From the NCBI GenBank assembly GCA_934271065.1, contig CAKQQQ010000004.1, positions 90,308-154,307 of the forward strand: a stretch of DNA of 64,000 nt, written 5' to 3'. The notes under the pieces are model-generated. The model saw only the letters and a program-made list of their open reading frames with translations. It was not told the origin of the DNA and ran no database searches. The stretch comes from an uncultured Clostridia bacterium (GTDB lineage: Bacteria; Bacillota; Clostridia; Christensenellales; Borkfalkiaceae). A program made the position numbers and the translations under genes. Of this stretch, positions 19,001-28,861 are shown in pieces. Within the stretch, counting starts at the first letter, position 1. Each line of letters begins with the position of its first letter.

Positions 19001-19039
19001 AACGCCGCTTACGCGGAATACGTCGTGGACGTAAAGTAA
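16001..19039 (+). CDS. Large secreted protein of 1012 aa (type I signal peptide) with Ig/HYR-like beta-rich domains and unknown function
   Basis: Signal peptide MMKKKALIATFALAFALTATVFG, beta-rich composition, and no catalytic motif recognised. Confidence 0.6.
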   Translation: MMKKKALIATFALAFALTATVFGVTGFSRSAADDELWSEVTFEEYYALGDELTVPSRTVVAGGKTLSAYSAVTYPSGKTTARAEILLDETGEYVVDYYAAADGRYYGASETFSVKGVAYKFGGKTSTASFARYVGYGSDSTGLLVRLANKDSLKFTTIIDMREKTSADSLIKGFVTPDARGNADFSRLVLKFTDVTDENNYLTVQVNKWSTNVAGLSLSFVAAGGNGQDMVGWEVSGDGSVKKHVNDGVGTPIPHSFVAQTNLPPNTWSGTAGDFIPDSAPFWISYDAATNSVFASGKLVADLDNPEYFPNGTWSGFKSGKVQLSVSADGYNAPTANFCILSVAGVPADDLKNNAFTDAEPPVITIEKDYEIMPDARINRPYPVPRATAFDEYSGERKVTARVYTAYGTPAQAEVGISDGKFTPKKLGYYSIVYTAADADGNVAESVLHVYSAENTPDVALGLPAERQTTAVLGELVEFGAATVSGGSGAIKVTVTATLGDKTETINGSYRFETAGEYEIKYVAEDYIGVTAEESYVLTATAGEKPSFINEIRLPSPLISGGEYLIPEYYANDYTSGKLETRLCDVKITDKSGERTIKSGNTFVPQVENNGDEVTLEYVCGSASKTVKIPTVIAKKGKNGIYAANYLYGNAKITALRSGVDAEVETAADSVGWTFANALIPDAVATEIVTYAENTAFDAFEFIIRDYYDADCRVRITLTAKGKIVLSVGAESVSKDLSLAEGVEFGLKYSGGKVIFSLGETTMAVTIKTYADGRPFDGFPSGKVFFGCNVLSAESGAKYNVRSVGGDPLSSRDKDYSSATLEIIGSRGGVAELNDSYTVRAATSYDTFAPNTSSRVTVYAPDGSVMSDINGLKLENAPTDKEYVIRLAYYGRYKIEYSAVEENWVGNDAGVEYDTVFVPDEIAPTVRFTGGGDKKAKLGDVIVMPSYTAGDNVTAKEDLVVTAFVVNPNGRHILLGEANSIKTEYKGRYTFVVYVTDEAGNAAYAEYVVDVK

Positions 19040-19051
19040 GGAGCGGAAACT

Positions 19052-21109
19052 ATGAGAAAGATAAATAAGATTTTAATACCTTTGCTCGCGCTCACGATGG
19101 GGCTTACGTCTTTCGCGGGCTGCAAAGGCGGCAAAAACGAAGCGAAAGGCACGGTCAACGACGTTGCCGACCATAAAGTTACGCAAGGCACGCTTCACGA
19201 AGTGAAAGTCGACTATTCCGCGCCCGTCGCCGATTTCGTAAAGGGCGGCAAAAGCGATTACAAGATAGTCGTTGCGGATAAATACGCCAAAGCGGGCGCG
19301 TTTCTCGCGAAACACGTCGCGGCGGCGACCGGCGCGCAACTCGCGGTGGACTATTCGGGCAGTTGCGTTCCGTCGTCGGGCAAGTATATAATTCTCGGCG
19401 ACAATCACGATATGGAAACCTACTCGTTCACGATGCCGTCGAGAGCCGAACTCGGCTCGGCGGGGTACTATATCGAGACGGTCAAAGACGACGCGTTCAT
19501 TTCGTTTTATACCGCACACGGCGCGCAGATGGGCGTTCTGGCGTTTATGCGCGAAGTCATCGGCTACGATATGCTTTCGGAAGATTTGGTTATATACGAA
19601 AGAGACGGCGAAAAGTTACCGTCGATGAAAATCAAAGAACGCCCCGATTACGAGTTCAGAGTCGTCAACAACAAACTCGGCGAAGAAGCGACTTACGGAA
19701 TGGGTTTTACCACCGCAAGCACTATGCTTTCGACTTCTCCCAACGGCTCGGTGCATAATATGTACGACTTCTTCACCGAAGAAGATTTCAAAAAACACCC
19801 CGAATGGTTTTCGGCGGGCGCGTTAAAGACGGTGGAAGGCGATCCCGGTTATATAGGTCAGCCCTGCTTTACCGCAGGCGGCAACGCCGAGTCTTACGCG
19901 CTTATGACCAAGACCGTCGCAAACAAGATATTCGAACTTATCAAGGATCGCCCCAACGACAACAACGTGCGTATATCGCCCAACGACGTTACGGGCGGCA
20001 ATATGGTCGCGAGATGTACCTGCAAGGCTTGCGAAGCGTCGTTCAAGCACTACGGCACGGTTTCGGGATCTATGCTTGCGTTTACCAACGACGTGGCGAA
20101 AATTCTCAACGCGAGAGTTGCGGAGCAACTTCCCGACAGAAAGATAAACCTTATCGCGCTGGTATACGGCAAGGGCATCAACGCGCCCGTGCAGTTGGAT
20201 AACGGCAAGTACGTTTTCGACGAGAACGGCAAGGGCGTGCCGACAACCCGTTACGACTTCGACGAAGAAGGTAACGGAACGCCCGCGAAAGACGAGAACG
20301 GCAAAGAAATAAAACTCGTCTGCGAAGAAGGCGTCGGCTGGGAATACGCTCCTTCGGGCGCGAACTGGATACACTCGTTCTACGATAAAGAAAACGCGTC
20401 TTACGCGCAGACCGTGAACGCGTGGTCGGGCCTTGGCGGCGACCTGTACGTCTGGGCGTACGAAATAAACTATCACGCGTACTTCTATCCGTATAACAAC
20501 TACGACGTGATAATCGAGAATTTCAGATATTATAAAGAACACGGCGGCAACTACATTTACCCCGAAGGCACGTTTGAAAACTTAAACGCGCCCGCGTTCG
20601 CCAAATTCAGAGACTATCTCGACGCGAAAGCGATGTTCGACGTCAACTCGGACTACGCCGCGCTCAAAGACAAATATTTCAAGCACTATTTCGGACCTGC
20701 CGAACGGAATATGCGTACATTCCTTGAACTCGTACAGAAAAACCTGTACGCGAAAGAAGGCGTAACGGGCGGACTCGTTCAGGACGAAGCCCTGCTTAAA
20801 GAAGAAGTATGGCCGTTCGGTTTCGTACTTCAATTAAACGGACTTATCGAAGATTCTTACGCGATTATCGAGAATTATAAAACCAAACTCGACGAAAGCA
20901 GATACGAAGCGTATAAAAAGCACCTGCTTATAGAATCGCTCTTCCCGAGACTTGTATTCTGCACGACTTACGCCAACGAATTCAACGCGGAAACGCTTAC
21001 CGCTATGCGCAGGTCGTTCAAAGACGACTTCGTCGCGCTCGGCAACGTAACGCATAAAGAACACTTCACGGCGGCGGAAATTCTCTTCCCCGAATGGAAT
21101 CTCGATTAA
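19052..21109 (+). CDS. Lipoprotein of 685 aa, possibly glycoside-hydrolase-related (DUF4838-like); function unknown
   Basis: Lipobox LTSFAGC and a CTCKACE cysteine motif. The family assignment is tentative. Confidence 0.5.
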   Translation: MRKINKILIPLLALTMGLTSFAGCKGGKNEAKGTVNDVADHKVTQGTLHEVKVDYSAPVADFVKGGKSDYKIVVADKYAKAGAFLAKHVAAATGAQLAVDYSGSCVPSSGKYIILGDNHDMETYSFTMPSRAELGSAGYYIETVKDDAFISFYTAHGAQMGVLAFMREVIGYDMLSEDLVIYERDGEKLPSMKIKERPDYEFRVVNNKLGEEATYGMGFTTASTMLSTSPNGSVHNMYDFFTEEDFKKHPEWFSAGALKTVEGDPGYIGQPCFTAGGNAESYALMTKTVANKIFELIKDRPNDNNVRISPNDVTGGNMVARCTCKACEASFKHYGTVSGSMLAFTNDVAKILNARVAEQLPDRKINLIALVYGKGINAPVQLDNGKYVFDENGKGVPTTRYDFDEEGNGTPAKDENGKEIKLVCEEGVGWEYAPSGANWIHSFYDKENASYAQTVNAWSGLGGDLYVWAYEINYHAYFYPYNNYDVIIENFRYYKEHGGNYIYPEGTFENLNAPAFAKFRDYLDAKAMFDVNSDYAALKDKYFKHYFGPAERNMRTFLELVQKNLYAKEGVTGGLVQDEALLKEEVWPFGFVLQLNGLIEDSYAIIENYKTKLDESRYEAYKKHLLIESLFPRLVFCTTYANEFNAETLTAMRRSFKDDFVALGNVTHKEHFTAAEILFPEWNLD

Positions 21110-21122
21110 GGGGGTAAAACTG

Positions 21123-24100
21123 ATGAAAAAGAAATTACTCGTAATTCTTTTATCGTGTATAGCGGCGGTTTCGCTCCTTTTCGCGGTGGGTTGTAACGGC
21201 TGCGAGAAAAAGAAATCGGACGGCGGCGCGGTTATAGAAATAGCCGACCTTGTCACGATCGAAGAGTTTGAAAGCAAAACGCTTTCGGCGTTCGTAGAAG
21301 GCGGCGCGGGCAAAATCTACTGGTCGTCTTCCGACGAAAGCGTCGTAACCGTAGACGAAACGGGTACGGTATACGGCGTCAAGGTCGGCGAAGCGACGGT
21401 TACGGCGGCGATAGGCAAAGCGAAAGGCGTATGCAAAGTCGTGGTCGAAAAGACGAGCAACGCGCCGAGAATAGAAGTCAACCGCGATATAACCGTAGAA
21501 ATCGGCGACGAATACGTCGGCGAAGCGAAGACGGTATGGAACGGCGAAGAAGTCGCCGACGCGGAATACGAATTTATCGCCGAAGACGCCGCGCAGACGG
21601 TGTGTTCGATAACTAAAGGCGAGCGCGGCAAGTTTACGCTCGACGCGAAGAAAGAAGGCTCGGCTACGTTCGTGGCGGTAACTTCTCTTCACGGGTACAC
21701 GGTCAGCCGCAAAATAACCGTAACCGTAATAGGCAAAAAGGCGAGCGTCGTTCCTTCGGGCGAAAATCTCGTCGCGACGGATAAAGGCTATAAGACCGAA
21801 GTCTGGACGGGCGAAGAAAGCGGACCTACCGAAACCGTGATAAAGATAGACGTATACGACGGCGGAACTCGCGTCGAAAACGCGGATATTGCGTGGGATT
21901 ATAACTCCGAATACTGCGATTACGATCCGTTCGTCGCCAAGTTCGAGAAAGTCGGCAACGGCGAGTACAGAGTGAGAAAAGTCGCGCCGGGCTATACCGA
22001 CATAACGGGCAGATACACGTCCGAAAGCGGCGAAATCACCGAAATAAGAATAGAAATGGTCGTCAACAAGGCGCAGGTAATCGTCGAAGACTATCATCCC
22101 GTAATCGAGACGCAAAAACCCGTCGCGCTGACCTTCCCCGCGTCCGTCAAAGAGACGATCGAAGACGTTTCTTACGACGGAATAAGCGTGCTTAAATCGG
22201 CAAGCGGAAAGAGCGTGGAACTCGACGGCGAAGCGTTCCCCAAGACCGCCGCCAAACTCGGCGAAGACAAACGCTTCCGCGTAACCACCGAAAATTACGA
22301 CTATTATTTCGACGCGGACGTATACACTTATATAATAAAGACGAAAGCCGATCTCGATAAATTCGGCGCGACGGCGAAGAGTTGCGGCGACTTTACCAAG
22401 ACGGGCGCGCTCGACGGATACTTCGTTCTCGGCGCGGATATAGACTACGACGGAATTTTCACGTCGATCACCGATACCGACGAAATCTATACGGTCGTCA
22501 ACCCCAAGGGCGGGCTTTGGACGGATTCTTCCAAATACGGTTTCAAGGGAGTGTTCGACGGTAAAGGTCACGTCGTTAAAGGAATGACTATAAAGGCGAT
22601 ATTCACTAACGGCTCGGGCGGTTTCGTCGGTTGCCTGAACACCGTCGGAATAATTAAAAACGTCTCGTTCACGGACGCGGGCGTTTACGAGAACAACGGC
22701 TTTATCTGTTCTTACGGCGGCGGACTTATCGAAAACGTAGAAATCGTTTTCTCGAAGGTGGGTTACGGATTCCCGACGCGCGATCTCGACAAGACCAGCG
22801 CAAGGAAAATGGGTGCGTTCTTCTCGTTCAACGCGAGCGCGACCGCTACGGTCAGGAACTGCGTGGTAGACGCGGCTCGTGCGGAAATCGCGTATAAGAA
22901 AGGCGCGGTGGGCAATATCGCGCTCGGTACGTCTGGCGGTAAGGTAGAAAACCTTATCGTAGTGGGCGGCGCGGAAGAATACGCCGACTGTTTCGGTACT
23001 AATGCGTATGCGTTTACTTACGCCGAACTCGTCAAAAGCGGCGCGTGCCGCGCGGCGGTGTCCGCGCTCGGCGACGAATGGGCGAGCGTAAACGGAATAC
23101 CCTTCCTTAAAGCGCGTCTCGATACCGTCGGCAAAGACGATCCGATAGCGTTCGTGTCCGACGCGGACGAAGTTTACGCCGGCAACAGAATAACCCTTAA
23201 ACTCAACAACAGATACGCGTACGCCGAATCTACGGAACTTCCCGACGGCGCGACGCTTGCGGGCGATATGCTCGTACTTTCAGAATCGGTCAAAAGCGGA
23301 ACGGCGACGTTCAAAGCGACTTCGCTTCTCAACGGCACTACCGTCACGAGAACCGTTACCATAAACGCGGCTAAACCCGCCGACGTAACGCAGACTTCGC
23401 GGATAATCTTACCCGCGCAGGACGGGGCTGAAATCGATCTCTCGTTCGCGTCGAGCGTTCTCGGCGACTCGGCAACGCTGTATATCTCCGACGAAGACGG
23501 CGACGTATATCTCGGCAACGCGCCCGTGCTTGCGGGCAAGGTCAGCGTGAACGCGAGCGCGCTTAAAGACAAACTCGGCGACAGAACGCTCGTTGCGTAC
23601 ACTAGAAAAACGGGCGAATGTAAACGCATAACGGCGACCGTTAAGACGGTTACCAAAGTATTGACTACCGCAGACGACGTTCTCGACGCGTTCAGAAACG
23701 ACGTTACGGGCGGATATTATCTGCTCGGCGGAGACGTGGATATGTCGGTAAAAGGCAATATCGCTTCGAGAGACAAAACCACCGAATTTAACGGCACGTT
23801 CGACGGCGACGGATATAAGATTAAGAATATGCTTATAACGGACAACGCATCCGCTGCGCTCGTCTACACTCTCGGCGCGAAAGGCGTGGTAAAGAACGTC
23901 TCGTTCGACGGGCTTAAACTCGGCGGACTCGGCGGACTTTTCCAAAGCACGCGCGGCAGAATGGAAAACGTCGAAATCCGCGTGGCGGACTTCGGTATAA
24001 GACCAAACGGCTCGTTCGAGTGGTTGTGGAGCGGCTCGTATATAATCTATCATATAAGCGAAGATGCGGTTATTAAAAATCTCAAAGTAGACGTTTCGGC

Positions 24101-24419
24101 GATAGCGGGGCGGCTTAAAACCAAAGAAGTTACCGACAACGCGGACTATTACGCGCTGATGGAATTTGACGGAATGTGCGATATAGACGGATTCGTGATG
24201 AACGGGCTTGCGAAGGAGTGGAAGAACCACGCGATAAGGATAAGGACGTACGGCGGCAATAAGTACAATAACGGTTGCGACGGTAAGGTTGCGGGCGTGT
24301 TCGTAACTTACGACGACGGCGGCGACAACGGCGCAGCGTTCCCCGTGGCCGGTTGGAGCGGCGATTACTGGACGGTAGATTCCGCCGCGAAGACCGTGGT
24401 ATGGAAGAATAAAGCCTGA
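21123..24419 (+). CDS. Large lipoprotein of 1098 aa with an N-terminal Big_2 Ig-like domain and GLUG-motif beta-helix-like repeats
   Basis: Lipobox LFAVGC; Big_2-like segment VTVDETGTVYGVKVGEATVTAA; repeats FKGVFDGKGHVVKGM...GGFVGC..G.IKNVSF and FNGTFDGDGYKIKNM...GGLGGLF. Confidence 0.65.
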   Translation: MKKKLLVILLSCIAAVSLLFAVGCNGCEKKKSDGGAVIEIADLVTIEEFESKTLSAFVEGGAGKIYWSSSDESVVTVDETGTVYGVKVGEATVTAAIGKAKGVCKVVVEKTSNAPRIEVNRDITVEIGDEYVGEAKTVWNGEEVADAEYEFIAEDAAQTVCSITKGERGKFTLDAKKEGSATFVAVTSLHGYTVSRKITVTVIGKKASVVPSGENLVATDKGYKTEVWTGEESGPTETVIKIDVYDGGTRVENADIAWDYNSEYCDYDPFVAKFEKVGNGEYRVRKVAPGYTDITGRYTSESGEITEIRIEMVVNKAQVIVEDYHPVIETQKPVALTFPASVKETIEDVSYDGISVLKSASGKSVELDGEAFPKTAAKLGEDKRFRVTTENYDYYFDADVYTYIIKTKADLDKFGATAKSCGDFTKTGALDGYFVLGADIDYDGIFTSITDTDEIYTVVNPKGGLWTDSSKYGFKGVFDGKGHVVKGMTIKAIFTNGSGGFVGCLNTVGIIKNVSFTDAGVYENNGFICSYGGGLIENVEIVFSKVGYGFPTRDLDKTSARKMGAFFSFNASATATVRNCVVDAARAEIAYKKGAVGNIALGTSGGKVENLIVVGGAEEYADCFGTNAYAFTYAELVKSGACRAAVSALGDEWASVNGIPFLKARLDTVGKDDPIAFVSDADEVYAGNRITLKLNNRYAYAESTELPDGATLAGDMLVLSESVKSGTATFKATSLLNGTTVTRTVTINAAKPADVTQTSRIILPAQDGAEIDLSFASSVLGDSATLYISDEDGDVYLGNAPVLAGKVSVNASALKDKLGDRTLVAYTRKTGECKRITATVKTVTKVLTTADDVLDAFRNDVTGGYYLLGGDVDMSVKGNIASRDKTTEFNGTFDGDGYKIKNMLITDNASAALVYTLGAKGVVKNVSFDGLKLGGLGGLFQSTRGRMENVEIRVADFGIRPNGSFEWLWSGSYIIYHISEDAVIKNLKVDVSAIAGRLKTKEVTDNADYYALMEFDGMCDIDGFVMNGLAKEWKNHAIRIRTYGGNKYNNGCDGKVAGVFVTYDDGGDNGAAFPVAGWSGDYWTVDSAAKTVVWKNKA

Positions 24420-24502
24420 TTTATCGCGTAGGGGCGTTTCTTAACCGCGATAAGCGGAATTTAAGAAAAACTCTTCACGCTTTGGCGTTCAAGGAGAAAA
24501 AG

Positions 24503-26830
24503 ATGACTAATAAACCCTTAAAAACAACGATATGCGTAATACTCGCGACGATAGGCGTACTTTCTCTCGCGCTGTTTACGTCGTGCGGCGGTAAAGGAAA
24601 CGGCAAGAAACCGTCCGGCGGCGGAGAAACGCCCGTTCCGCCGACGGAAACGTTCGAGTTTACCGATCACGTTTACGATATATACACCGCCGACGCAACG
24701 GCGCGCGGATTCGTGAGCCTTGCTACCGAGCAGGAACAATTCGAGTATATGCAGGCTTACGGCAACACCAACCACGACGCGCAGGCGAAAGTAACTCTTA
24801 GCGTCGACAGGGGCGTCGCGCCGTATACGGTAAAGATAGCGGATAACACCGATCTTAAAAACGCGTACGAACTGCAATTCCCCGACAAAAATATATCCGT
24901 CGGCGGAGCGTTTGCGCCGTCCGCGACCTATTATTACGAAGTAACCGACGCTACGGGCGCGAGAGCGCAACTCGGCACGATTAAGACCGCCGCCGATCCG
25001 CTGCGCGTTATAACCGTAGGCGGGGCGAGAAACGTGCGCGATCTCGGCGGCTGGAAAACCGTCGACGGGTATACCGTAAGATACGGAATGCTCTATCGCG
25101 GCGCGAAACTCAACGATATAAACGACGGCGGAAAGCAAACCCTTGCGCGCGAACTCAAAGTGAAAACCGAACTCGACCTGCGCCAGAGCAGCGAGACGGA
25201 AGGTCAGACGGGTTGCGCTTTCGACGGCGAATATAAACTTATCAATATAACTCAGTACGACCTTGCGCTTAACGACGCGAACTCCAAGTCGGGCTTCAAG
25301 AAGATAATCGAACTGCTTGCCGACGAGAGCAATTACCCCGTTTACTTCCATTGCAGGGCGGGCGCGGACAGAACGGGTACGCTCGCGTACCTTATCAACG
25401 GGCTTCTCGGCGTAAGTTACGAAGACCTTACCAAAGACTTCGAACTCACTTCGTTCGGCGGGCAGGGGCTGAGACTGCGCAGCGATATCGTTACCGACGA
25501 AAACGGCAAACCCACGGGCTACGGCGAAACGGGCGTTTACTATTCGGTAACGGGCAAGAACCATATAGCGTGGGGCAAAATGCACGCCGATATGCTTGCC
25601 AAGTACCCCGAAGAAAAAACTCTTTCGGCGGTAATAGAAAAATATCTCGTGAACGAGTGCGGTGTGGCGGCGGAAACGCTCGACAAGTTAAGAGTTTTAC
25701 TGCTCGGCTTGCAACCCGACTCTTCTCTGCCGCAGGCGAAAGAAGCGACTTGCGACGAAGACGGCGCGCTTGCGTATAAATACGGCGACAGAGTGATAAC
25801 CGTTCCCGTTGCGTCAAAAGGTCATAAGATAGTAATCGAAGGCGAAGGCGAAAACGCCGCGGCGCGTTGCGAAAATTGCGACAAACTCAACTCCGCCGAA
25901 TATAAATATTACGCGGACAAGGCGGACGTTGCGTCGGGCTTTAACTTCCCCGCCATAGACGGAACGCCCGAACCCGTAAAAGACGTATACGGCAAACCCG
26001 CCGATATGGTAGGCAAAACCGTAAAACTCGATAAGAGCGACGTCGGCGACGAGCCTAAATATCTCATCGTCGAGTACAAAGACGGTACGCTTGCGGTCGT
26101 AGGCTTCAAGGTATGGACGAAGATAGTTAAAAAGGAAGCCGATCTTAAAGAGATCAACGCTAACGCGACCGTCGATTCCGTTAAAAACACGGTAAAGGCG
26201 CACGTTCTTATCGCTAACGACGTAACCCTTACTTACGCCTGGACGAAAGGCTTCACGATCGGCTCGGGTATGTCGGGCTACGCGTTCGAAGGCGTTATAG
26301 ACGGAAACGGGCATACTATATCGGGCTTTAAGACTGAATCGGGCGGCGCGCTCGTGAACAGGCTCGGCAAAGACGGGGTTATCAGAAACCTTACGCTCGC
26401 AGGCGAAGCGGTAAAGAGCGGCGCGCAATTTCTCGTCGCCAACACGGACGGCGGATTGATTGAAAACGTAACCGTCAGATGCAAACTCGGCGAACAAAAG
26501 CAGACGGAAGCGAACTCCGCGCTTTTAGGCAATATAGGCGGAGACAAGTCGGACGTAATCACGCTTAAAAACGTAGTCGTGATAGAACCGTCCGCTAAGA
26601 TAATCTCCGTAAGGCGCGACCGTTCGAGCGCGCTCGGCAGAGCGGTTACGGATATAAGCGGCAAAATCGTGACGGACGGACTTATAGTCGTCGGCGTTAA
26701 GCCCTTACTCGTCGGCGCGGACGGACACGCGTACCAGAATTTCGCGACGCTTTCGGCGTATCTCGGCGAGAAAAATCTCGTCGGCGCGGAATATTACGAC
26801 ACCGTAGACGCTTACGAAGCCATAAATTAA
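24503..26830 (+). CDS. Lipoprotein with a protein-tyrosine/dual-specificity phosphatase-like domain (CX5R P-loop, Y_phosphatase3/PTP-like phytase type) and C-terminal GLUG-type repeats
   Basis: Lipobox LFTSCGG; the P-loop YFHCRAGADRTGT is the C-x5-R PTP signature; the C-terminal segment YAFEGVIDGNGHTISGF...GGLIENVTV matches the neighbouring gene's repeats; AAGGAG RBS 6 nt upstream. Confidence 0.65.
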   Translation: MTNKPLKTTICVILATIGVLSLALFTSCGGKGNGKKPSGGGETPVPPTETFEFTDHVYDIYTADATARGFVSLATEQEQFEYMQAYGNTNHDAQAKVTLSVDRGVAPYTVKIADNTDLKNAYELQFPDKNISVGGAFAPSATYYYEVTDATGARAQLGTIKTAADPLRVITVGGARNVRDLGGWKTVDGYTVRYGMLYRGAKLNDINDGGKQTLARELKVKTELDLRQSSETEGQTGCAFDGEYKLINITQYDLALNDANSKSGFKKIIELLADESNYPVYFHCRAGADRTGTLAYLINGLLGVSYEDLTKDFELTSFGGQGLRLRSDIVTDENGKPTGYGETGVYYSVTGKNHIAWGKMHADMLAKYPEEKTLSAVIEKYLVNECGVAAETLDKLRVLLLGLQPDSSLPQAKEATCDEDGALAYKYGDRVITVPVASKGHKIVIEGEGENAAARCENCDKLNSAEYKYYADKADVASGFNFPAIDGTPEPVKDVYGKPADMVGKTVKLDKSDVGDEPKYLIVEYKDGTLAVVGFKVWTKIVKKEADLKEINANATVDSVKNTVKAHVLIANDVTLTYAWTKGFTIGSGMSGYAFEGVIDGNGHTISGFKTESGGALVNRLGKDGVIRNLTLAGEAVKSGAQFLVANTDGGLIENVTVRCKLGEQKQTEANSALLGNIGGDKSDVITLKNVVVIEPSAKIISVRRDRSSALGRAVTDISGKIVTDGLIVVGVKPLLVGADGHAYQNFATLSAYLGEKNLVGAEYYDTVDAYEAIN

Positions 26831-26867
26831 CGAATAACGCAAAAATTTGCGATATCGGGAGGTAAAT

Positions 26868-28826
26868 ATGAGAAAAATTATCAGAATTTTAACCATCGCG
26901 CTCGGTCTTTCGCTCGCGCTCGGCTTATTCGCCGCGTGTAAGAAAGCCGAACCGAAGAAGACCACGCTCGAAGCGCCCGCAATCGTCGAAAAGACTTACA
27001 CGGGCGGGCTGCTTACCGCCGACGTACCCGAAAACGAAGGTTACGTCGTAGAAGCGAACGCGGGCGGAACGAACGCAGGCGAATACTCCGTCGTGCTTAA
27101 ACTTTCGGACGCGAAAAAGTACGAATGGGCTACGCCCGACGCCGACGACGCCGAAAAACTGACGCTCGTCTTCAAAATCAACAAAGCCGCAGACGCGATC
27201 AACGGTCTCGCCGACTTCAAAACGACGTGCAAAACTCTTCCGTCGAGCGTGAAAGGCGTATCCGCCGTTTCGGGTTTACCCGTTTCGTATAAGTTTTCCA
27301 AAGACGGCGAAAACTGGACGGACGGCATAGAAGAAAACGAACTCGTAGCGGGCGCGGAGTTTTTCGTTAAAGCGTACACCGCGGGCAACGAAAACTATAT
27401 CGCCGCCGAAAGCGGAAAGGTAAAGATGACCGTCAACCATAAATACGGCTCGGTTACGAAAATCTCGCGCGGCGTTTACGAAATCAAGTGCGCGTGCGGA
27501 ACTAAGAAAGACCTTCCGACCGTAACCGCGGCGTTTACGCTCGACGGCGCGGAACTCAAGAGTTTCGAAGTGCCTTACGGCTCGGTCCTTACCCGCGAAC
27601 AAATCAACGAAGTTATCGCTCTTGCCGAAAAAGACACCGATCGTAAAGTAACCGACGTAGGTTACGACGTCGACGCCGAAAACGACGAAGACGTGGAATT
27701 GTTCGACAACGTCACGATAGAAGTCAAACTCGATTACGGCGCGCTCGTAGACGGCTCCGTATTCAAATTGTTCTATTTGTCGACCAGCATAAACCCGTAT
27801 ACGGTCGTAGATACCGAAGTCGCCGCGCCTGCGGGCTTCACGCGCGTAAACAAAACGGCTCTTAAAAACACGACGAACTACGCGTATTCTTCGGTTGACA
27901 TTACGGGTTATAAGACCGTATTTTTCGCCGTTAAGACCAACGGTACTTTCAAACTTGAAACGACTGACGATAATGGCGAGCCTATTTCCAAGGACTATAC
28001 CGACGGCGGATGGTTGTACTTTACCGTCGCGCGTAACGCCGACGGAAAGTTGTGGGACGTAACCGTAACCGACGAAAGCGGTATGGTTATAGCCGAAAGA
28101 AAGGGTATGAGCGGCGAAAAGAACGCTCCGGGCGCCTACGTCAACGATTCTCTGGGCGCGATTTTATGGGGCAAAGCGGCGAAAGGTTTTTGCTGGAATC
28201 TCGCCGAAGGACAATATATGTGGGGAACGGAAGTCCGTGCGGACAGAACCGCCGAAGCAAGGGCGGCGAATCGCGGCGATATAATAGCCGACGCCACTTT
28301 ATTCGATAAAGACAAACTCGACGTAGACGACGTTACCGCTACAGTCGCCGATATAACGGTTGCAAGCGGATTTAACAAGATCTATAAAAACAAAGATTCC
28401 GTTACGACGTTTAACGGGAGAGCGTTATCCGACTACGCGCTTACCGCGTATTCCGAAGTCAACTTCGCCGTTATGAGCAACTGGATAATTACCGCCAGTA
28501 AATTCAATGCGGCAAGGGGCGAAGGCTATATGAGCTGGATGTACTTCAAACTTAAAAACAACGGCGAAACGGACGGTAAGCCGAGTTGGACGGTTACCAT
28601 AACCGACGAAGGCGGCAACGAATACTATACCGCCACCGTAAACGGTCATAACGCCAACTACGTCGCAGACAGTATCGACGATATTCTTTGGGGTATGGGA
28701 GACGTTTTCCAGATTAAAAACGGCGTAAGCAGCGACCCCGTAATGACCGTTGCCGGCAGAAATATAGGCGCGATGGAAGTATACTGCACGGAAATCCGCG
28801 GTACGCTTAAAACCGTCGCCGCTTAA
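26868..28826 (+). CDS. Lipoprotein of 653 aa, function unknown
   Basis: Lipobox LFAACKK, GGGAGG RBS and beta-rich composition. Confidence 0.6.
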   Translation: MRKIIRILTIALGLSLALGLFAACKKAEPKKTTLEAPAIVEKTYTGGLLTADVPENEGYVVEANAGGTNAGEYSVVLKLSDAKKYEWATPDADDAEKLTLVFKINKAADAINGLADFKTTCKTLPSSVKGVSAVSGLPVSYKFSKDGENWTDGIEENELVAGAEFFVKAYTAGNENYIAAESGKVKMTVNHKYGSVTKISRGVYEIKCACGTKKDLPTVTAAFTLDGAELKSFEVPYGSVLTREQINEVIALAEKDTDRKVTDVGYDVDAENDEDVELFDNVTIEVKLDYGALVDGSVFKLFYLSTSINPYTVVDTEVAAPAGFTRVNKTALKNTTNYAYSSVDITGYKTVFFAVKTNGTFKLETTDDNGEPISKDYTDGGWLYFTVARNADGKLWDVTVTDESGMVIAERKGMSGEKNAPGAYVNDSLGAILWGKAAKGFCWNLAEGQYMWGTEVRADRTAEARAANRGDIIADATLFDKDKLDVDDVTATVADITVASGFNKIYKNKDSVTTFNGRALSDYALTAYSEVNFAVMSNWIITASKFNAARGEGYMSWMYFKLKNNGETDGKPSWTVTITDEGGNEYYTATVNGHNANYVADSIDDILWGMGDVFQIKNGVSSDPVMTVAGRNIGAMEVYCTEIRGTLKTVAA

Positions 28827-28861
28827 TCGCCCTACTTTAAGAAAAAACACGAAGGTAAACT

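Noticed and set aside
21150-22571. 473-aa minus-strand ORF and other long antisense ORFs (23409-24230, 24518-25585, 25814-26497)
   Set aside because: All are antisense to lipoprotein genes that have signal peptides and RBSs, and their composition is Arg-rich and atypical.
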